A stretch of 33,395 nucleotides of DNA. It comes from Thermodesulfobacteriota bacterium (GTDB lineage: Bacteria; Desulfobacterota; Desulfobacteria; Desulfobacterales; SURF-7). Each line of letters starts with the position of its first letter. The first letter of the stretch is position 1. The stretch covers positions 1 through 33,395 of the forward strand of contig JBMORA010000002.1 of assembly GCA_049320885.1 (NCBI GenBank). The letters are read 5' to 3'. The position numbers and the translations under genes were made by a program. Positions 28,243 to 33,395 of this stretch are shown in pieces. The notes under the pieces are model-generated. The model was not told where the DNA came from and ran no database searches. It was given only the letters and a program-made list of their open reading frames with translations.

Positions 28243-28941
28243 TTATTGCAGAAGTTTGTTCAGCCGCTCGATGACCTTTTTGTTGGCCTCGTCGTTGCGC
28301 AGGGAGATCACCAGTTCTTTTTTCTGGATGCTGGGATTCAGGACCTGGATATTGTCCATTTTCTGTAATTTGGCGTGGTACTGCATCACATTCGGATCCG
28401 TGAGGGCCACCTCGAAGCGGGTTTTGCTGGCGAGCATTTTGACCAGGGCCGTCTCGTCGCCGGCGAGTTTCACGTGATCCGGATATTTTTTGACTGCATC
28501 CGCGATTTCCTTTGGATATTCATAGGAGTCGATGATGCCCACCCGGTACTGGGAAAACAACTGATCGACGCTTTCCCATTTCGCCGCGGAGCCCGCGTAG
28601 GTCATGACGCCGATATAGGACCAGTCCACCGGCGGCGAGGCGACGAACCCCTCCTTCACCTCTTCGGGCCAGGCCGGGAAATAGCCGATGTAGTCCTTGG
28701 TCTGGGCCAGCTTCTGGGCCCGGGTCCAGGGATAGAATTCCACCACCAGGTCGATGCCTTCCTTTTTCAGCAATTCCTTGAGTTTGTTCACCGATTCGCC
28801 CTGGTTGGCCATGTCGGAGCCGGAGTAGGGCTGCCAGTCCAGGGAGGTGATTTTCCAGGTCTCGGCATGGGCGGGGTTCACGAGCAGGCAGACGGAACAT
28901 ACGGTCAGGGCCAATAAAAGTGAAATCCGTTTTGAGATCAT
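28243..28941 (-). CDS. Periplasmic solute-binding protein, family 3-like (orphan)
   Basis: Signal peptide ending AHA; SLDWQPY; EFYPWTRA; RBS AGGAGG. No permease gene nearby. Confidence 0.85.
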   Translation of the reverse strand: MISKRISLLLALTVCSVCLLVNPAHAETWKITSLDWQPYSGSDMANQGESVNKLKELLKKEGIDLVVEFYPWTRAQKLAQTKDYIGYFPAWPEEVKEGFVASPPVDWSYIGVMTYAGSAAKWESVDQLFSQYRVGIIDSYEYPKEIADAVKKYPDHVKLAGDETALVKMLASKTRFEVALTDPNVMQYHAKLQKMDNIQVLNPSIQKKELVISLRNDEANKKVIERLNKLLQ

Positions 28942-28999
28942 ACAGCCTCCTTATTATTAGGGAAACACTACCTGATATCATGGAATACCCGCCTTGTTC

Positions 29000-29093
29000 C
29001 GTCGTTCCCGTGAAAACGGGAATCCAGGACATGCGGAAAATACGGGCTGCCGGATCCGAGCTTGCCCCGGACCCGATCCGGGGTCTGGCGTGA
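29000..29093 (+). repeat. CGTC-tagged REP-like composite palindrome
   Basis: CGTC G TTCCCGT-GAAA-ACGGGAA TCCAG (stem 29005-29022), plus a second hairpin CCCCGGA-CCCGA-TCCGGGG (29065-29083). Confidence 0.75.
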
Positions 29094-29138
29094 AGACACC
29101 CAATCCGGCCTTCTTTACCTGCTTGGCAGCGGGTTTGT

Positions 29139-29330
29139 TTATCCTTTCAGCCGTTTGACGATCTGGTCCCGGAGGTGGTTGTCGTGGTCCTCCAGCATGG
29201 GGATGAGGCTGGCCGCCACATCGCTGAGGGATTTGATCTGCTTTTCCTTCATGACTTTCTGGATCAGAAACACGCCTTTTTCAATCGACCGGATGCCTTC
29301 GGCTATTTTCAGAATGTCCTGTTGGTCCAT
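29139..29330 (-). CDS. 63-aa hypothetical helical protein
   Basis: RBS AAGGAG upstream of ATG 29330; MDQQDILKIAEGIRSIEKG...KRLKG; has its own promoter upstream. Confidence 0.75.
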   Translation of the reverse strand: MDQQDILKIAEGIRSIEKGVFLIQKVMKEKQIKSLSDVAASLIPMLEDHDNHLRDQIVKRLKG

Positions 29331-29482
29331 GATTGCGCTCCTTGATGTGGGTTGATAACGGATACCGTTTCTTCCGGATGGGCGCATGCCCGTCCGGTAA
29401 TGACGACTGCCGGGTTGTTGGTGCCGGATAAGACTTCGTTTGGCTGTTGGTTGTTGGACTGGGTGAATTGATTGTTGGGAAC

Positions 29483-29511
29483 ATTATGACGAAAGCGGGG
29501 GGATCTGTCAA
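29483..29511 (-). promoter_or_regulatory. Near-consensus sigma70 promoter of the 63-aa gene
   Basis: Minus strand TTGACA, 17 bp spacer, CATAAT. Confidence 0.75.
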
Positions 29512-29538
29512 GATGAAGATGGGGAGATGAAGATGGGG
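29511..29538 (+). repeat. 14-bp direct repeat, two copies
   Basis: AGATGAAGATGGGG twice. Confidence 0.75.
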
Positions 29539-29550
29539 GGATTGAAAAGA

Positions 29551-29754
29551 CAGGAGTCAGGAGTCAGAAGATGGAAGATGGAAGACGGAATTCAAAAAGC
29601 TCCGGAATGGATGAAATGACAACAAGCCCCTCCTCCGATGATTAAACCACGGATTGCACGGATGACACGGATGAAAGCAAAGCGCTATTCCCGTCATGTC
29701 AACATCCCCAAGCTGTTTTTCTCCTGTCTCCTGTCTCCTGTCTTCTGACTTCTG
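29551..29754. repeat. Inverted pair of 7-mer arrays with a nested 9-mer array
   Basis: Left arm CAGGAGT CAGGAGT CAGAAGA TGGAAGA TGGAAGA (29551-29585); right arm TCTCCTG x3 TCTTCTG ACTTCTG (29720-29754); internal CCACGGAT-TGCACGGAT-GACACGGAT (29647-29672). Confidence 0.85.
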
Positions 29755-29907
29755 TCGTTTGTCCCCCTTCGCAAGAAAACGCCGCGACCGCAACCACCCC
29801 CAACCCCGGATTCCCCGCTATAAAGCAGATTCGTGCTTGACAGGCGCTAACTATTCTTATAGGAAGCTGATATTCAATCGGAAATGAAAAATCAGGGAGG
29901 TGCGGTG

Positions 29908-31581
29908 ATGGATTCGATGCCTTGGCACAAATCGTACGCAGCCGGAGTTCCCCGGAATGTCGCCTATGAAAAGACGACGATATCCGCGGCCCTGGCGCGG
30001 TCGGCGAGAAATTTCCCCCGGAACACGGCCCTGAATTACATGGGGAACCGGATTTCCTACGCGGCGTACAACGGCATGGTCAACCGTTTCGCTACGGCCC
30101 TGACGGACCTGGGTATCCAGCACGGCGACAAGGTGGCGGTCTGCCTGCCCAACATCCCCCAGGCCTTTGTGGCCAACATGGCGGTTTTCCGCGTGGGCGC
30201 CGTGACGGTCCAGGTCAATCCCCTCTACACGGAACGGGAGCTGGAATACCAGTTGGCCGACGCCGAGGCCAAAATGGTGGTGACCCTCAGCCTGCTGGTG
30301 CCGCGCATGCAGAAAATCAAGCCGGCCACCAGGCTGGAAAAAATCGTCGCCTGCCACATCCATTCCTACCTGCCCTTTCCCAAGAAGCAGCTCTTCCCCT
30401 TTGTGAAAAAGGACATGGTGCGCAAGATCATGCCCACGGAAGACGTCCTGGTCTTCGAGGAACTGATCGGTAAATACGGCGACGAGCCGGTGCCGGAAAA
30501 AGGCCGCTGGGAGGATCTGGCGGCCCTGCTCTATACGGGCGGGACCACCGGCGTCAGCAAGGGGGTCATGCTCAGCCACGCCAACATCAGCACCAATGTC
30601 CAGCAGTTCGCCGCCTGGTTTCCGGAGATCAAGCCCGGCCAGGAGCGGCTGGTGGGCAATTTCCCGGTGTTCCATTCCGCCGGGTTCACGGCCATCCAGA
30701 ACTACTGCGCCTGGATGGCCAACGAGATCATCCTGGTGCCCCGGCCGGAACCCAAGATCAACATCGAGCTGATCAAGAAATACAAGCCCACGTTCCTGCC
30801 GGCCGTGCCCACCATCTTCGTGGGCCTGCTGGCCGACCCGGATTTCCGGAAACTGGACCTGAAGGCCATCAAGGGCTTTTTTTCCGGGGCCGCGCCCCTG
30901 GCCGCCGAGACCATCGCGGAATTGCAGCGTCTGAGCGGCGCCAGCATGTGCGAGGTCTACGGCCTGACGGAAACGGCGCCCATCGCCTGCGTGACGCCCT
31001 GGGGCGGGGTCATCAAGCCCGGTACCGTGGGCTGCCCGGTGCCGGACACCCTGGTGAAAATCGTGGATCTGGAGGACCCGGACAAGGAATGCCTCCAGGG
31101 CGAATGCGGGGAGATCGCCATCAAGGGGCCCCAGGTCATGGCCGGGTACTACAAGAAATCCGAGGAAACCGCCAAGGTGCTGAAGAACGGCTGGTTCTTC
31201 ACCGGCGACATCGGCATGCTGGACGAGGACGGGTACCTCAAGATCGTGGACCGCAAAAAGGACATGGTCATCGCCGGCGGCTACAACATCTATCCGGTGG
31301 AGATCGACAACATCCTGTTCGAGCATCCGAAAGTCCTGGAAGCCTGCGCCGTGGGCGTGCCCGATCCCTACCGGGGCGAGACCGTCAAGGCCTTCATCGT
31401 GCTGAAAAAGGGCGAAACCTGCACGGCCGAGGAGATCACCCAATTCTGCAAGGAGCGCCTGGCGGCCTACAAGGTGCCCAAGGCCATCGAGTTCCTGGAG
31501 GAACTGCCCAAGTCGGCGGTGGGCAAGGTATTGAGAAGAAAGTTGCGGGATCTGGAACAGGAGAAGCGCGGGGCGGCGTGA
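29908..31581 (+). CDS. fadD: Long-chain fatty acid--CoA ligase
   Basis: YTGGTTGVSKG AMP-binding motif; YGLTE; FTGDIG; DRKKDM; PKSAVGK; RBS GGGAGGT. Substrate specificity is not certain. Confidence 0.9.
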   Translation: MDSMPWHKSYAAGVPRNVAYEKTTISAALARSARNFPRNTALNYMGNRISYAAYNGMVNRFATALTDLGIQHGDKVAVCLPNIPQAFVANMAVFRVGAVTVQVNPLYTERELEYQLADAEAKMVVTLSLLVPRMQKIKPATRLEKIVACHIHSYLPFPKKQLFPFVKKDMVRKIMPTEDVLVFEELIGKYGDEPVPEKGRWEDLAALLYTGGTTGVSKGVMLSHANISTNVQQFAAWFPEIKPGQERLVGNFPVFHSAGFTAIQNYCAWMANEIILVPRPEPKINIELIKKYKPTFLPAVPTIFVGLLADPDFRKLDLKAIKGFFSGAAPLAAETIAELQRLSGASMCEVYGLTETAPIACVTPWGGVIKPGTVGCPVPDTLVKIVDLEDPDKECLQGECGEIAIKGPQVMAGYYKKSEETAKVLKNGWFFTGDIGMLDEDGYLKIVDRKKDMVIAGGYNIYPVEIDNILFEHPKVLEACAVGVPDPYRGETVKAFIVLKKGETCTAEEITQFCKERLAAYKVPKAIEFLEELPKSAVGKVLRRKLRDLEQEKRGAA

Positions 31582-31584
31582 GGC

Positions 31585-32154
31585 ATGACCGAGAACCAGG
31601 ACGGGTTGGACAACTACCAAAAGTTCTTGACGCAGATCGACGAGCGCTGCGCCGAGATCCTGGCGGACCACGGGAGCTACATCGTCTGCCGCCGGGGCTG
31701 CGACGACTGCTGCCGCCACATTTCCGTGTTCGCCGTGGAAGCCGTGGCCATGGCCCGGGCCCTATCCCGGCTGAGCCGGGCCGACCTCGCCATGTTTCGC
31801 CGGCAGGCCGCAGCCGCCCAGCCGGACGGCCCCTGCCCCCTGCTGGACCAGGGCATCTGTCGGCTCTACGCGGCCCGGCCCATCATCTGCCGCACCCACG
31901 GCCTGCCCATCCTGATCTCCCAGAACGGCAACACCCGGGTGGACTTCTGCCCCAAAAACTTCACCGGCCTGTCCACCCTGCCCGGCAACGCCGTCCTCTA
32001 CCTCGAACGCATCAACGAAACCCTGGCCGCCATCAACCGCCTGTTCACCGAGACCCATCTGCCGGACCTGTCTCCCCTGGACCGCTTCACCGTGGCCGAG
32101 GTTTTGCTCTTGGAGCTGGGCGATGATGAGACCGGCCCTGGAGAGGTTCACTGA
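31585..32154 (+). CDS. YkgJ-family cysteine-cluster (CxxxCxxCC) protein
   Basis: CRRGCDDCC; CPLL; CRLYAARPIICR. Confidence 0.88.
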   Translation: MTENQDGLDNYQKFLTQIDERCAEILADHGSYIVCRRGCDDCCRHISVFAVEAVAMARALSRLSRADLAMFRRQAAAAQPDGPCPLLDQGICRLYAARPIICRTHGLPILISQNGNTRVDFCPKNFTGLSTLPGNAVLYLERINETLAAINRLFTETHLPDLSPLDRFTVAEVLLLELGDDETGPGEVH

Positions 32155-33395
32155 ATAGCGATGAGGGAGGCGTTGTTGTAGCGAATAAGTGATGAAGTAA
32201 AGGAACGAAGCATTAGGTGGTACTCGTAACAGAAACTTGTGGAAGGTATTGGTTGATGCATTAACAAAATGTGCATTTTATCTACAGATCGTGTGTCAAA
32301 AATGTAGACCTGACCCATACATATGTTTTTTCTGCCTCTTCGCATAAGCCCCACAAGCAGGTCGTTCATGAGTACTTAGGCTGTAATGGTATGAAAGGTC
32401 AAAATTGAAAATTCGGGCAGCTTTCAAGGCAATTAAAGAATCCCGTATTTATAAAATCATTCTGGCCTTGAGCGCCATAGTAATAGGTGTTTCCGCATTC
32501 ACTGGCGGTATTGAAAATCTATTGATACAGGTAAAAGGTTTATTTTTTCCGGCTAATATTGAACTAAAAGCATCAGTATATTTATACGAACGAGCATATA
32601 TATTTGAAGGGCCTTTTAAACTCTATTTTTCACAAATGCGCAATCTCGCGTCAAATTGTAGCCTTTGGAAAGTAAATTATCCAAAATTTCTGAGAGGAAG
32701 AGCTATAACTCCAGACCCCGCTGCATGGATAATCCTAAAGTTGTTTATAGAAAATTCTTCAAATTTAGAATTATCAAATTTGCGGTTCGGTTTAGTGGGG
32801 CTACCAATGCGTTTCAATGAAATTGAATACACACCAAATATTCAAGCATCGCTCAATTATAAAACCATTTCGAATGAAGGCCTTGGTTCTCATATTGTTA
32901 ATATCACATCACTCGCACCACGAGATAAGGCAGTATTAAGTTTAAAGAAACTAGTTGATAAAATAGAATACCTTGATATTGCTAAACGCAAAAAAATTTC
33001 TATCTCTGTTCCTTTTATATCTGCTGATCAACTTAAGGTTTCAAAGCCAGAAGTTAACAAACTGAATGCTATGGAAATGGTGAAACGAGAAGCAGAAATT
33101 TTCACCGGAGTTCGAACTTTTGCCAACGAAAAAATTCAATTTCGCCTACTTTGTGAAAGTGAACCAGATATCATTGAAAATGATATGAAAGATAAATTAC
33201 TACCTTCAGCCCGTGTTTGCCCAGAAGGGACAGGTGGTGAGTGGTAAAGAAATATTTATTGGTGCAATATGTTTTTACACTACTGTCCGGTTAAAGTTGT
33301 TGAAAAATGATTTAACTATCTAAATTAAATGTGTATATCAAAGAAGGAGGGGTCGTCACCAAGATAACATATAGAAAATAAATTCTATTTTGTTT
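32155..33395. other. AT-rich segment, probably horizontally acquired (runs off the window end)
   Basis: Abrupt switch from GC-rich to AT-rich composition just after the YkgJ stop. Confidence 0.75.
32405..33247 (+). CDS. Hypothetical protein with N-terminal TM helix
   Basis: 280-codon ORF in AT-rich DNA, unlikely by chance; hydrophobic IILALSAIVIGVSAF; TTG start uncertain; no family recognised. Confidence 0.75.
   Translation: MKIRAAFKAIKESRIYKIILALSAIVIGVSAFTGGIENLLIQVKGLFFPANIELKASVYLYERAYIFEGPFKLYFSQMRNLASNCSLWKVNYPKFLRGRAITPDPAAWIILKLFIENSSNLELSNLRFGLVGLPMRFNEIEYTPNIQASLNYKTISNEGLGSHIVNITSLAPRDKAVLSLKKLVDKIEYLDIAKRKKISISVPFISADQLKVSKPEVNKLNAMEMVKREAEIFTGVRTFANEKIQFRLLCESEPDIIENDMKDKLLPSARVCPEGTGGEW

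Noticed and set aside
29837..29865. Sigma70 promoter for fadD
   Set aside because: Perfect TTGACA, but no good -10 box at 16-18 bp spacing; not supportable enough to list.
29557..29887. Short ORFs 29557-29793 (-) and 29696-29887 (+)
   Set aside because: Translations are products of the repeat arrays (QKSEDRRQET, FHPCHPCNPW); no convincing RBS.
32155..33395. Integron cassette array or prophage
   Set aside because: No clear attC (RYYYAAC..GTTRRRY) structure, integrase or phage gene is visible in the window.

Overview
GC-rich bacterial chromosome segment. The gene content (ahbC-hemB-ahbD alternative heme pathway, sigma54 two-component system, EI-Ntr) points to Desulfobacterota/deltaproteobacteria; this taxonomy is inferred. 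The window opens with the 3' end of a 5S rRNA gene and its terminator. It then carries mostly housekeeping genes: a sensor kinase and sigma54 response regulator, an atypical ClpX-like ATPase, ahbC, hemB, ahbD, a QueG-like Fe-S protein, a serine hydrolase, a lipocalin, a membrane glycosyltransferase-like protein, a two-domain COG5322/acyl-ACP-reductase-like dehydrogenase, a parvulin PPIase, nth, a ThiI-like PP-loop protein, a lipoprotein, ptsP, an alpha/beta hydrolase, sucA-sucB-lpdA, a solute-binding protein, a 63-aa orphan, an acyl-CoA ligase and a YkgJ-family protein. It ends in an abruptly AT-rich segment with an orphan ORF. The least explained features are intergenic: (i) several families of 7-mer and 9/10-mer tandem repeat arms, including an inverted pair with a different family nested inside and a chimeric array inside the sucAB operon; (ii) CGTC-tagged palindromes; (iii) a three-part motif shared by two promoter-proximal leaders about 13.7 kb apart; (iv) a probable leaderless transcript for the ClpX paralog. 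No CRISPR array, tRNA or intact transposase was seen.
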